From NCBI GenBank assembly GCA_017429165.1, contig JAFRPL010000014.1, positions 130,113-194,112 of the forward strand: 64,000 nucleotides of DNA, in the 5' to 3' direction. The translations under genes and the position numbers were made by a program. The notes beneath the pieces are model-generated. The model was not told the DNA's origin. It was given only the letters and a program-made list of their open reading frames with translations, and did no database searches. How positions within the stretch are numbered: position 1 is the first letter of the stretch; every line of letters begins with the position of its first letter. This document shows, one piece after another, positions 17,537-26,419 of this stretch. The stretch is from Clostridia bacterium (lineage in GTDB: Bacteria; Bacillota; Clostridia; Oscillospirales; CAG-382).

Positions 17537-19633
17537 TTATATCTTGGAAAACAGCAGATCCGAATACGTGGGCACGGGCCAACGGTCTTTGGCTACGTGC
17601 GTTTCGGCTTCGTCGACGAGCGCGCGGAGGCGGTCCATGAGCGGCAGCACGGTGTCGCGGCACGAGATCGCGCGTTCGGTTATATCTTCCACGCTCCTGG
17701 TGCGGCGCACGGCGGTGCGGAGCGCCTCGTTGTGCGCGTAAATATCGGTGCACAGCTCGTTAAGGCGGCGGTAAACGGCGTCCTCGTAGCCGTTGGCGAG
17801 CGTGGGATCCGCGGCGCGGCGGGTGTCGATCGCGCCGCCCAGCTCGGAAGCAAAGCGGCTAATGGCGGGCAGGAAATCGCGCATGACCATGCCTATGGCG
17901 GTGCGCGCCTCTATATTGATGTGCTTGCAGTAATTTTCAAGTATTATCTCGCATCTGGAAGCGACTTCGGCGCTTGTGAACACCTTGTGCCGGGCGAAAA
18001 GATCTATGTTCTTTTGGTCAAGATACCGCGGCAGGCAGTCGGGCACGGTGCGCAGATCGTAAAGCCCGCGCTCCTTTACGGCTTCGTTGAGCCATTCCTC
18101 GCCGTAGCCGTTGCCGTTGAATACTACGCGCTTGTGTTCGCGGTAGGTACGGCGGATGAGCGACTGCAGCGCCGCGTTGAGGTCGGACGCTTTTTCGAGC
18201 TCGGCGTTGAACGCCATGAGCGAATCCGCCACGGCGGTATTTATCATAATATTGGCGCACGCTATGGAATCGGCAGAGCCGAGCATGCGGAATTCGAACT
18301 TGTTGCCGGTGAACGCGAACGGCGACGTGCGGTTGCGGTCGGTGGAATCCTGCGGGATGCGCGGCAGGATATCGGCGCCCAGCCTGAGCTGTTTTTTGCC
18401 CATACCGGCGTACGGCGTTTCGTTATCTATGGAATCGAGCACGGCGGTGAGCTCGTCGCCCAAAAACATGGAAACGACGGCGGGCGGCGCCTCGTTCGCG
18501 CCAAGACGCATATCGTTGCCGGCGGAAGCCACCGAAAGCCTGAGCAGATCGGAATATTCGTCCACCGCCTTTATTACCGCGCACAAGAAAAGCAGAAAAC
18601 GCGCGTTCTTGTGCGGCGTGTCGCCGGGCGAAAGCAGGTTGACGCCCGTATCGGTGCAGAGCGACCAGTTGTTGTGCTTGCCGGAGCCGTTCACGCCGCG
18701 GAAAGGTTTTTCGTGCAGCAGACACACCAGCCCGTTGCGCTTTGCGACGTTCTGCATTATTTCCATAATGAGCTGGTTCTGGTCGGCGGCGACGCTGCAT
18801 TTGCAGTAATAGGGCGCGAGCTCGTGCTGCGAGGGGGCGACTTCGTTGTGCTCGGTGCGCACGGGGATCCCCAGCTTCCATAGCTCGGTATCCAGTTCGC
18901 GGAAATATTCCGAAACGCGCTGCTTTATTGCGCCGTAGTAATGGTCGTCCAGCTCCTGCCCTTTGGGCGGCATGGCGCCGAAAAGCGTGCGGCCCGTGAA
19001 CACGAGGTCGGGGCGTTTATCGTAAAGCTCTTTATCTACCAGAAAATATTCCTGTTCGGCGCCAACGTTGGGGAACACCGACTTGACGTCGGTATCGCCC
19101 AGCAGACGGAGCGTGCGCACCGCCTGGCGGTCGAGCGCTTCCATAGAACGCAGAAGCGGCGTCTTTTTATCGAGCGCGAGCCCGCCGTAGGAACAGAACG
19201 CGGTGGGGATGCACAGCACGTTGTCTTTTATAAAGGCGTTGGAGGTGGGGTCCCACGCGGTGTAGCCGCGCGCTTCGAACGTGGCGCGCAAGCCGCCGGA
19301 AGGCAGCGAGGACGCGTCGGATTCGCCGCTTATGAGCTCTTTGCCCGAAAATTTCATTATCACTTCGCCGTCGCCCACCGGGGTGAGGAACGAATCGTGC
19401 TTTTCGGCGGTGACGCCGGTCATGGGCTGGAACCAGTGCGTGTAGTGGGTGGCGCCCTTGCTCACCGCCCATTCCTTCATCGCTTCGGCAATGGATTCGG
19501 CGGCGGCGGGGTCGAGCGGCAGGCCTTCGTCGACCGTGCGGCGGAACGCCGTGTAGATCTCGGGCGCGAGAGTTTGGCGCATGGCTTTGTCGCCAAACAC
19601 CATGCAGCCGAAATATTCGGTAAGCTTTTCCAT
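17537..19633 (-). CDS. glnN: Type III glutamine synthetase
   Basis: 698 aa. The N-terminal GATHYTHWFQPMTGVTAEKHDSFL and the overall length are typical of GSIII. GGAGG lies upstream of the ATG at 19633. Confidence 0.85.
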   Translation of the reverse strand: MEKLTEYFGCMVFGDKAMRQTLAPEIYTAFRRTVDEGLPLDPAAAESIAEAMKEWAVSKGATHYTHWFQPMTGVTAEKHDSFLTPVGDGEVIMKFSGKELISGESDASSLPSGGLRATFEARGYTAWDPTSNAFIKDNVLCIPTAFCSYGGLALDKKTPLLRSMEALDRQAVRTLRLLGDTDVKSVFPNVGAEQEYFLVDKELYDKRPDLVFTGRTLFGAMPPKGQELDDHYYGAIKQRVSEYFRELDTELWKLGIPVRTEHNEVAPSQHELAPYYCKCSVAADQNQLIMEIMQNVAKRNGLVCLLHEKPFRGVNGSGKHNNWSLCTDTGVNLLSPGDTPHKNARFLLFLCAVIKAVDEYSDLLRLSVASAGNDMRLGANEAPPAVVSMFLGDELTAVLDSIDNETPYAGMGKKQLRLGADILPRIPQDSTDRNRTSPFAFTGNKFEFRMLGSADSIACANIMINTAVADSLMAFNAELEKASDLNAALQSLIRRTYREHKRVVFNGNGYGEEWLNEAVKERGLYDLRTVPDCLPRYLDQKNIDLFARHKVFTSAEVASRCEIILENYCKHINIEARTAIGMVMRDFLPAISRFASELGGAIDTRRAADPTLANGYEDAVYRRLNELCTDIYAHNEALRTAVRRTRSVEDITERAISCRDTVLPLMDRLRALVDEAETHVAKDRWPVPTYSDLLFSKI

Positions 19634-19670
19634 ATAGCGCACCTCCAAAGACAAACTTTTCTCTTTTATG

Positions 19671-19698
19671 ATTTTATCCTCTTTTTTTGCGCTTGTCA
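19671..19698 (-). promoter_or_regulatory. Possible promoter of glnN
   Basis: On the minus strand: TTGACA (19698-19693), a 16-nt spacer, TAAAAT (19676-19671). Confidence 0.4.
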
Positions 19699-20036
19699 AT
19701 GCTTTTATCGCACATTTTCGCCTGACGGGAACGAAAACGTTGTGCAACTTGAAATAATATCAGTCGATATAATAAGGCAAAGCGCAAAAAACCTGCGGCG
19801 GGGTTGACAAAACGGAATTACTTAAAGTATGATAAAAAAGAAAAAATCTGCAAAAAATGAACCTTTTCGGTTTTTGATTCGTTATATTATGCGGATACGT
19901 GAAAACATACTGCGACCATATAAAAAAATTGACACGGCACGGTTTATATAGTTAAAATTTCAGATTTAAACGCAAGCTCACACAACGCCACAACATACTA
20001 TAGCTTTTCTATAGTAAAACCTTTAGGATGGTAATT

Positions 20037-20762
20037 ATGAAAAAAACAATTTTTATTACGATCACGCTGCTCCTTGTCGCCGCGATAACCGTCGGCGTCG
20101 TCGTTTACGCCGCGAATAACAAAGCCAACGGAGACATTGGATCGGAACAAACGTGTGATGCAAATGAAACCGACGCAAAAACCGATACGGATCTTGAAAC
20201 GTTTTGGAACGGAAAGAAACAAAAAGCAGGGAAAGATGCTTTCACTTTGAAAGAAATATACAGAAGCGTTTACGATCTGTATATGGAAGGTAACCCCGTT
20301 TCGTACAACGACAACTTTTACGTCCATTTTTTCAGGACCGGTAACAATAATTATTTCGCCGCACCTATGTTCACCGATACAAAGATCGTCGTTGAAATAC
20401 ATACTGACGATGCTGCGGAAAGAGATATTTACGAACTGTTCATCGCGTCTGTTACTAATTGTTTCAAGGATTTTTATTACTTTACGGACTGGCATTTTTT
20501 ACAGAACTGGGAAACTCGCAATATGAATATGGTAGCGACTCTGTTTTATGCGCCCGATTTTAAAGAATTTGGGTATGAAACGGCAGAAGAATACTATAAA
20601 GCGGCCGTCTTAGACAATTCATTATTTACAGATAACGCTTATTTGCTTGGCTTTGATTCTTTGGGATTAAAAAAACTTGTCGGGACAGGCAACAAAACCA
20701 TAAACGATTACGATTCCTTCGTTGCCGATGCGCTTAAAGGGATCACTGATTCCGTTGATTGA
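20037..20762 (+). CDS. Hypothetical exported/membrane-anchored protein in an A+T-richer segment
   Basis: N-terminus MKKTIFITITLLLVAAITVGVVVYAANN. No recognisable domain. A terminator follows. Confidence 0.6.
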   Translation: MKKTIFITITLLLVAAITVGVVVYAANNKANGDIGSEQTCDANETDAKTDTDLETFWNGKKQKAGKDAFTLKEIYRSVYDLYMEGNPVSYNDNFYVHFFRTGNNNYFAAPMFTDTKIVVEIHTDDAAERDIYELFIASVTNCFKDFYYFTDWHFLQNWETRNMNMVATLFYAPDFKEFGYETAEEYYKAAVLDNSLFTDNAYLLGFDSLGLKKLVGTGNKTINDYDSFVADALKGITDSVD

Positions 20763-20818
20763 TTATACGGAGTTAACGTATCGTATTGCGTAATATCATT
20801 CGTATTCACCCCCCGGCC

Positions 20819-20852
20819 GCGGGCGCGTAAAACACGCGCCCGCGTTTAATTT
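20819..20852 (+). terminator. Rho-independent terminator
   Basis: Stem gcgggcgcg / cgcgcccgc, loop taaaaca, then gtttaattt. Confidence 0.7.
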
Positions 20853-20876
20853 ACTCGGCAAATTGTATCATACCGC

Positions 20877-20905
20877 TTGACACGGCGCGCGGGGTGTGGT
20901 ATAAT
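20877..20905 (+). promoter_or_regulatory. Consensus SigA promoter with an extended -10
   Basis: TTGACA at 20877-20882, a 17-nt spacer ending in TGg, TATAAT at 20900-20905. Confidence 0.75.
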
Positions 20906-20921
20906 CCATACAACTGAATAA

Positions 20922-21060
20922 GCAGAAACCGCGGCGGCGGACCCGTAACGAAAAACGGGAACGCCTCAGAGGGAAGTTCGGTGCGAATCCGTCACAACCG
21001 CCATTACCGTGATCGGCGCGTAATATGCGCGCCGTAAGCCGGAATACTTGCCGCAGTTTC
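20922..21060 (+). promoter_or_regulatory. Cobalamin (B12) riboswitch aptamer
   Basis: Core is agaGGGAAgttcGGTGcgAATCCgtcACaaCCGCCattaCCGTGa. The B12-box-like element AAGCCGGAATACTTGCCG lies at 21036-21053. P1 candidate is gcagaaaccgcggc / gccgcagtttc. The downstream genes are B12-type (DUF4430, ECF). Confidence 0.8.
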
Positions 21061-21223
21061 GTTCGGTGATCTTACACTTTTGGGCATGAAGAGTGCGGCC
21101 GTTTATGAATTTTTCCGTGTGGGCGTTTGCCCATGCGGTTTCTGCCGTTGCGCCATGCCCTTATTATCATTATTATCAAAGAAAGGGCGGGCGTGATTTT
21201 TTGTCCGTTGGGTGGCCGGGAAA

Positions 21224-21508
21224 ATGGAAAACAAAAAATACACGTGCGACGACGCTTTGCGTCTGCTTACGGAAAAGCAAGCCGAACTGAACGCAAAAGG
21301 TATAACGCGCTACCCCAGACGTTCGGATTTCACCGAGCCCGAGACCGCCGCCGTAAAGGCGTTTTTGGGCCCGTGGCCGCGGGCTTTGGAAAAAGCGGGC
21401 TTAAAGCCCCCCAGAGCCGACGACCGCCTGCAGAAGAACCGCGAAAAACGCATACGCGCCAAAAGGAAACGCCGGCTCGCCCTTAAAGAGGAGGAAAAGA
21501 CCAAATGA
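21224..21508 (+). CDS. Small basic protein with a FLGPWPRALEKAGLK motif, reminiscent of the homing-endonuclease-associated repeat
   Basis: ATGA overlap with the next gene supports translation. The C-terminus is Lys/Arg-rich. The RBS is weak and the start is uncertain (GTG at 21212 or ATG at 21224). Confidence 0.45.
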   Translation: MENKKYTCDDALRLLTEKQAELNAKGITRYPRRSDFTEPETAAVKAFLGPWPRALEKAGLKPPRADDRLQKNREKRIRAKRKRRLALKEEEKTK

Positions 21509-22266
21509 AAAGAACACTCGCACTCATCCTGGCAGCGGTCATCGTCGCCGCATTCGCCTCGTTCCTTTGCGCCGCGAAAGATCCCGTCGTTTACGTGACC
21601 ATCGCCAACGGCGAGCTCGTACTCGCGCGCGAAGCGGTAACGCTCACCGACGCAGATAACGACGGCGCGCTCACCGTCAACGACGCGCTCTATCTTGCGC
21701 ACGAAGCCAAATACGAAGGCGGCGCCGCCGCCGGCTACGCCAGCTCCACCGGCGACTACGGACTTTCGCTCACCAAGCTGTGGGGCGTTGAAAACGGCGG
21801 CAGCTACGGCTATTTTGTAAACGACAATTCCGCCATGTCGCTTGCGGATCCGCTGAGCGACGGCGACGAGATCGTGGCGTTCATCTACACCGCTGCCGAC
21901 TGGAGCGACGCTTACTCGTTCTTCGATGTGAAATCCGGCAAATCGGGCGCCGAGCTCACTTTTTACGTATGCAGTTACGACGAAAACTGGGCGCTTGTCA
22001 AAACGCCGACCGCCGGCGCCGAGATCACTATCGACGGCGTCAAGACAGGCGTGAAGACCGACGCGAACGGCAAAGCCAAAGTGGAACTTGAAGAAACCGG
22101 CGAACATATAATATCGGCCGTGCTCGAAGGCGCCGTTATCGTTCCGCCGGTATGCACGCTCAAAAAATCCGCCACTCCGGCGACGGGCGACAGCGGCATG
22201 ATCGTGCTTGCGGTCATCGGCGCAATGGCGCTCGCAGGTTTTGCCGCGGCAAAAAAAGCAAAATAA
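21505..22266 (+). CDS. Surface protein with a DUF4430 (transcobalamin-like beta) domain and a sortase-like C-terminal anchor
   Basis: Has a signal peptide. The segment VYVTIANGELVL...GYFVNDNSAMSLADPLSDGDEIVAFIY resembles DUF4430. The C-terminus is TPATGD followed by a hydrophobic stretch and KKAK. Confidence 0.65.
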   Translation: MKRTLALILAAVIVAAFASFLCAAKDPVVYVTIANGELVLAREAVTLTDADNDGALTVNDALYLAHEAKYEGGAAAGYASSTGDYGLSLTKLWGVENGGSYGYFVNDNSAMSLADPLSDGDEIVAFIYTAADWSDAYSFFDVKSGKSGAELTFYVCSYDENWALVKTPTAGAEITIDGVKTGVKTDANGKAKVELEETGEHIISAVLEGAVIVPPVCTLKKSATPATGDSGMIVLAVIGAMALAGFAAAKKAK

Positions 22267-22279
22267 AGGGTATTCAAAA

Positions 22280-23953
22280 ATGAAACGTTCGCTCAGCTTC
22301 ATACTCGCGTGTCTGCTCGTTTTCGCGCTCGGATGCGGCGTTTTCGCCGCGGATGAGACCGCGGATTATCTGGCGCGCAGTTCGGGAAAAGCCGATATAA
22401 AAGAATATGCCGCGTCGCTCGGTTACGGCGACGAATGGAGCATATTCGCTTTGGCGCGCTTTGACGTGAGCTTTGAAAGCTACGAGCGTTCGATCGATGA
22501 AAACCGCGAAAAACTCATAAGCCCCGTGGAACGCGAGCGCTGCGCGCTTGCGCTCGCGATCTGCGGCGGAAACGCGGAAAAAATAACTTCCATTGCGGAA
22601 GGAGCGGCAGGCAGTCAGGGGATAATGAGCGTTATCTTCGGGCTGCATCTTTGTGCAAACGGGGCGGAGTCAGCCGGAACGGGCGCGGAAAAACTCGTAA
22701 ACGACCTGATCTCCATGCAGCTTTCCGACGGCGGATTCGCGCTGTTCGGATCCGTTTCGGACGTGGACGTTTCGGCAATGGCGCTCCAGGCGCTCGCCGA
22801 ATTCCGCTCATTCGACGGCGTGGACCGCGCAGCCGAAAAAGTCATGGCGTTCCTGTCATCAGCACAGAAAGAAAACGGCGGGTTCATTTCGTTCGGGAAC
22901 GAAAGCAGCGAAAGCATTTCACAGGTGATAATAGCCCTTTCGTCGCTGGGCATAGACTGCAAGGCGGACGAAAGGTTCATCAAGAACGGCAAAACGCTGT
23001 TCGACGCGCTCGGCGCGTTCAAACTGAGCGACGGCTCGTTCGAGCACGTCGCGGGCGGCGGCGTGAACCGCATTGCCACCGTTCAGGCGCTGTGCGCCGC
23101 CGAATCGTACAAGATACTCGGAAAACCGTTCTGGGTCTTTGAAAAAGAAGATCCTGCGGAGGAAAGTTCGGAAAGCACCGAAGAAGAAAGCGATACCGAA
23201 AGTTCTATAGAAGAAGCAAGCGAAGAAACAAGCGCGCCGGAAGGATCTTCGGAAGAAACGGCCGAAGAAAGCGTTGTATCCGGCGCGGTATCCGGACAAA
23301 GCGAAAGCTCAAAGGAAGAGCCTTCACAAGAAGAAATATCCGCCGGAGAAAGCGCGCCCGACGGGAGCGAGCCGCAAAATAAAAACGGCGGAAAGAAAAT
23401 AAAACTGATAATTCTGTGCGCACTCGCTCTGCTCGCGCTCGGGGCGTTATGCGCGCTTATAATAATGCACAAGGCAAACGTCATCAATATATGCGTGATC
23501 GTTTGCTTGTTCGCGCTGCTGGCGGCGGTCGTACTGTTTGTCGATATCGTGTCACCGATCGATTATTACGGCAGGACCGAAAGCAAAGCGAACGCGGCGG
23601 GGACAGCGTATATGAGCATACGCGCGTTCGGCATGGAAGGTAAAGATATTATCCTTGAAAAGACGGCGTTCGAGTTCGAAGAAAACGCCACGGTCTACGA
23701 TATGCTCGTTGACGCGGCGCGGATATATTCAATCCCGCTTGACGTTTCGGGCACCGGTGCGTTCGTGTACGTGCGGGCGATAGAACGCATATACGAGCGC
23801 GCGCACGGCGATCTTTCGGGCTGGGTATATACCGTGAACGGCGTTTCGGCGAACGTGGGCTGCGGCTCGTATCATCTCAAGGACGGCGACGTGGTCGAGT
23901 GGCTTTACACCACCGACGGCATAGACAGGACGGGAACGTATGAGAACTCTTGA
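22280..23953 (+). CDS. Two-module surface protein: a prenyltransferase/alpha-alpha-barrel-like domain, an acidic linker, a TM hairpin and a DUF4430 domain
   Basis: Has a signal peptide. Repeats of the LSDGGF / KENGGF / LSDGSF type are present, then an E/S-rich linker and two TM segments. The C-terminal segment YDMLVDAAR...GWVYTVNGVSANVGCGSYHLKDGDVVEWLYT is DUF4430-like. Confidence 0.7.
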   Translation: MKRSLSFILACLLVFALGCGVFAADETADYLARSSGKADIKEYAASLGYGDEWSIFALARFDVSFESYERSIDENREKLISPVERERCALALAICGGNAEKITSIAEGAAGSQGIMSVIFGLHLCANGAESAGTGAEKLVNDLISMQLSDGGFALFGSVSDVDVSAMALQALAEFRSFDGVDRAAEKVMAFLSSAQKENGGFISFGNESSESISQVIIALSSLGIDCKADERFIKNGKTLFDALGAFKLSDGSFEHVAGGGVNRIATVQALCAAESYKILGKPFWVFEKEDPAEESSESTEEESDTESSIEEASEETSAPEGSSEETAEESVVSGAVSGQSESSKEEPSQEEISAGESAPDGSEPQNKNGGKKIKLIILCALALLALGALCALIIMHKANVINICVIVCLFALLAAVVLFVDIVSPIDYYGRTESKANAAGTAYMSIRAFGMEGKDIILEKTAFEFEENATVYDMLVDAARIYSIPLDVSGTGAFVYVRAIERIYERAHGDLSGWVYTVNGVSANVGCGSYHLKDGDVVEWLYTTDGIDRTGTYENS

Positions 23954-24815
23954 ACGCTCCAACCCATTCGCCTCGCTCGTCTGCATAGTGTGCGTGACGC
24001 TCACCGCGGCGCTGTGCCAGTACCCGGGAATGCTGATCCCGGCGCTTTTGGGCGGCGCGGCGTTTTATTCCCTGCTCGCGGGCAGATCCGGCAAACGCAC
24101 GCATATCTTGTGCGCGCTGCTCGTCGTCGTTTCGGCGCTGGTCAACCCGATATTTTCACACAACGGAATCACTGTGCTGTTCGTGCTCAACGACCGCCCC
24201 GTGACGCTGGAAGCGGTCTGCGTGGGGCTTATGAACGGTATGACGCTTGCGGCGGTGATATACTATTTCGGCGCGCTGACGCGTATCATGACAAGCGACA
24301 AACTGCTTTACGTTTTCGGCAAAGTGTCGCCCAAATCGGCGCTGCTCATATCCGGCGCTCTAAGATTCGTCCCCCTGCTCGGGGCGAAATCGCGCCGCAT
24401 TGAAGAAACGCAGACCGCGCTGGGGCTTTACCGCAAGGGGAATATGATATCGGGCGCCAAAAACAAGCTCAAAGTGTTTTCGGCGCTCACGTCCTGGGCG
24501 CTCGAAAACGGCATAATCACCGCCGATTCCATGGCGGCGCGCGGATATTCCGACGGCAGGCGCACCTATTTCGCGCCGTATCCGTTCAGGGCGTGCGACG
24601 CGGTATGGATAGCGGTATATTCCGTTTCGGCGGCGGTACTCATAACGTTTTCCGCGATCGGAACGTACGGATTCACTTACTACCCGCAGATGGTGCGGAC
24701 CGGCGGCGCGTATTCCGCGGCGTTTTACGCGCTGTACGCGGCGATATGCTTTTTGCCCGCGGCGGTGCAATTGAAGGAGGCGGCGAGATGGAAATACTTG
24801 ATATCAAAAACCTGA
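23940..24815 (+). CDS. ecfT: ECF transporter transmembrane (T) component
   Basis: Polytopic, with the SMAARGY coupling-helix motif. It overlaps both neighbouring genes. Confidence 0.8.
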   Translation: MRTLERSNPFASLVCIVCVTLTAALCQYPGMLIPALLGGAAFYSLLAGRSGKRTHILCALLVVVSALVNPIFSHNGITVLFVLNDRPVTLEAVCVGLMNGMTLAAVIYYFGALTRIMTSDKLLYVFGKVSPKSALLISGALRFVPLLGAKSRRIEETQTALGLYRKGNMISGAKNKLKVFSALTSWALENGIITADSMAARGYSDGRRTYFAPYPFRACDAVWIAVYSVSAAVLITFSAIGTYGFTYYPQMVRTGGAYSAAFYALYAAICFLPAAVQLKEAARWKYLISKT

Positions 24816-26419
24816 GTTTTTCGTACGCCGGCTGCGAAGAAAAAGCTCTGGACGGCGTGTCCTTTACTGTGAACGAAGGCGAATTCGTGGCGCTGTGCGG
24901 CGAAACAGGCAGCGGAAAATCCACGCTGCTCAAACTTTTGAAGCGCGAGCTGCGCCCCAACGGGAAACTGGAAGGCGCGGTGCTGCTCGGCGGCGAAGAC
25001 ATATCGTCTTTCACGCCGGCGAGATCCGCGCGCGAAGTGGGGTTCGTGATGCAGCACCCCGAACAGCAGATAGTGTGCGACAAAGTCTGGCACGAGCTGG
25101 CGTTCGGGCTGGAAAACCTGCGCGTTCCCGAACAGGAGATACGGCGCAGAGTTGCCGAGACCGCGTGTTATTTCGGGCTGGACGGCATTTTCAAGCAGAA
25201 CGTATCTTCCCTTTCGGGCGGACAGAAACAGCTGCTCAATCTGGCTTCGGTGTGCGTGATGCAGCCGCGCGTGCTCATACTCGACGAGCCGACTTCGCAG
25301 CTCGACCCCATAGCCGCTTCGCAGTTCATAGCCACGGTGCGCCGTATGAACCGCGAGCTTTCGATGACCGTGATCATCTGCGAGCACCGATTGGAAGAAG
25401 TACTTCCGCTCGCCGACAAGGCGCTGGTGCTGAAAAACGGAAAAGCCGCGTTCTACGGACCCGCGAGAGAAGCGGCGGCAAGATTCGCCGCCGATGAAAA
25501 ATGCGATATGCCTGCGGCTTCGCGCGTGTTTGCGCGCACCGGCGGCGACGGCGAATGCCCTGTCGACGCGCTGGAAGGCAAAAAATACGTGACGCAAAAC
25601 TTTTCGAACCGCGTCCGTTCGCTCGGGCGCGAAGAAAATAAACGTTCTTCCGGACCCGCGCTCGAATTTTCGCACGTCTTCTTCAGATACGAAAAAAACG
25701 CGCCGGACGCGCTTTTTGACCTTGAGCTCAAGGCCTACCCGGGCGAGCACACCTGCATACTCGGCGGAAACGGCAGCGGAAAGACCACAGCGCTCTGCGC
25801 CGCGGTGGGGCTCAGGCGTATATACGACGGGAAGATAAAGATACTGGGCAAAAACATAGATACGTACCGCAACGGCGCACTCTACCGCAACTGTGTGGCG
25901 ATGCTGCCGCAGGACGTGCAGACGGCGTTTTTGCGTATGACCGTGCGCGAAGAACTCAAGGATTCCGGCTGCGCGCCGGAAAGCCTTCCGTTCGACGTGT
26001 CGCACCTTTTGGAAAGGCATCCGTACGACCTTTCGGGCGGCGAGATGCAGCTCGTCGCGCTTGCCAAAGCGCTGGCGACCAAGCCGAAGATACTGCTGCT
26101 GGACGAACCGACCAAGGGCCTGGATTCGGGATTCAAGCAGATCCTTAAAAGAATAATAAAAGAGCTGTGCGATTCCGGCGCGGCGGTAGTGACCGTCACG
26201 CACGATGTGGAATTCGCCGCCGAAAGCGCCGATATGTGCGTGCTTCTGTTCGGCGGCAGCGCGGCGGCGTGCTCCGGACCGCGCGAATTTTTCGGCGGAA
26301 ACGCCTATTACGCCACCACATGCGCGCGGATGACGCGCGGTTACTTTGAAAACGCCGTGACCGCGGACGACGTCTGCGCCCTGTGCGAAGCCAACGGCAA
26401 GAAGGAGGCGGGCGTATGA
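24788..26419 (+). CDS. Fused ECF transporter ATPase (EcfA1-EcfA2 duplicated ABC ATPase)
   Basis: Two full motif sets: GETGSGKST/LSGGQKQ/LILDEPTSQLD and GGNGSGKTT/LSGGEMQ/LLLDEPTKGLD. Start chosen at MEILDIKNLSF. Confidence 0.9.
   Translation: MEILDIKNLSFSYAGCEEKALDGVSFTVNEGEFVALCGETGSGKSTLLKLLKRELRPNGKLEGAVLLGGEDISSFTPARSAREVGFVMQHPEQQIVCDKVWHELAFGLENLRVPEQEIRRRVAETACYFGLDGIFKQNVSSLSGGQKQLLNLASVCVMQPRVLILDEPTSQLDPIAASQFIATVRRMNRELSMTVIICEHRLEEVLPLADKALVLKNGKAAFYGPAREAAARFAADEKCDMPAASRVFARTGGDGECPVDALEGKKYVTQNFSNRVRSLGREENKRSSGPALEFSHVFFRYEKNAPDALFDLELKAYPGEHTCILGGNGSGKTTALCAAVGLRRIYDGKIKILGKNIDTYRNGALYRNCVAMLPQDVQTAFLRMTVREELKDSGCAPESLPFDVSHLLERHPYDLSGGEMQLVALAKALATKPKILLLDEPTKGLDSGFKQILKRIIKELCDSGAAVVTVTHDVEFAAESADMCVLLFGGSAAACSGPREFFGGNAYYATTCARMTRGYFENAVTADDVCALCEANGKKEAGV

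Noticed and set aside
19634-19760. A possible glutamine or nitrogen-responsive riboswitch/leader upstream of glnN. A hairpin cgttttcg..cgaaaatg lies on the minus strand.
   Set aside because: The hairpin lies upstream of the best promoter candidate. I cannot match the sequence to the glnA RNA motif or a T-box from memory, so the evidence is insufficient.
14299-20860. A genomic island or mobile element, suggested by lower G+C around 14.7-17.4 kb and 19.75-20.8 kb.
   Set aside because: There is no integrase, transposase, recombinase, flanking direct repeats or tRNA-adjacent attachment site. Housekeeping glnN sits between the two segments. I report them only as compositional oddities.
24593-24787. 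A 65-codon upstream extension of the ECF ATPase ORF, and similar extensions at 22208, 26383, 38593, 29900-30241 and 30784-31122.
   Set aside because: The extensions overlap the preceding genes in another frame and translate to Arg/Gly-rich sequence. In each case an internal ATG with an RBS or an ATGA/stop-start overlap begins the recognisable protein.
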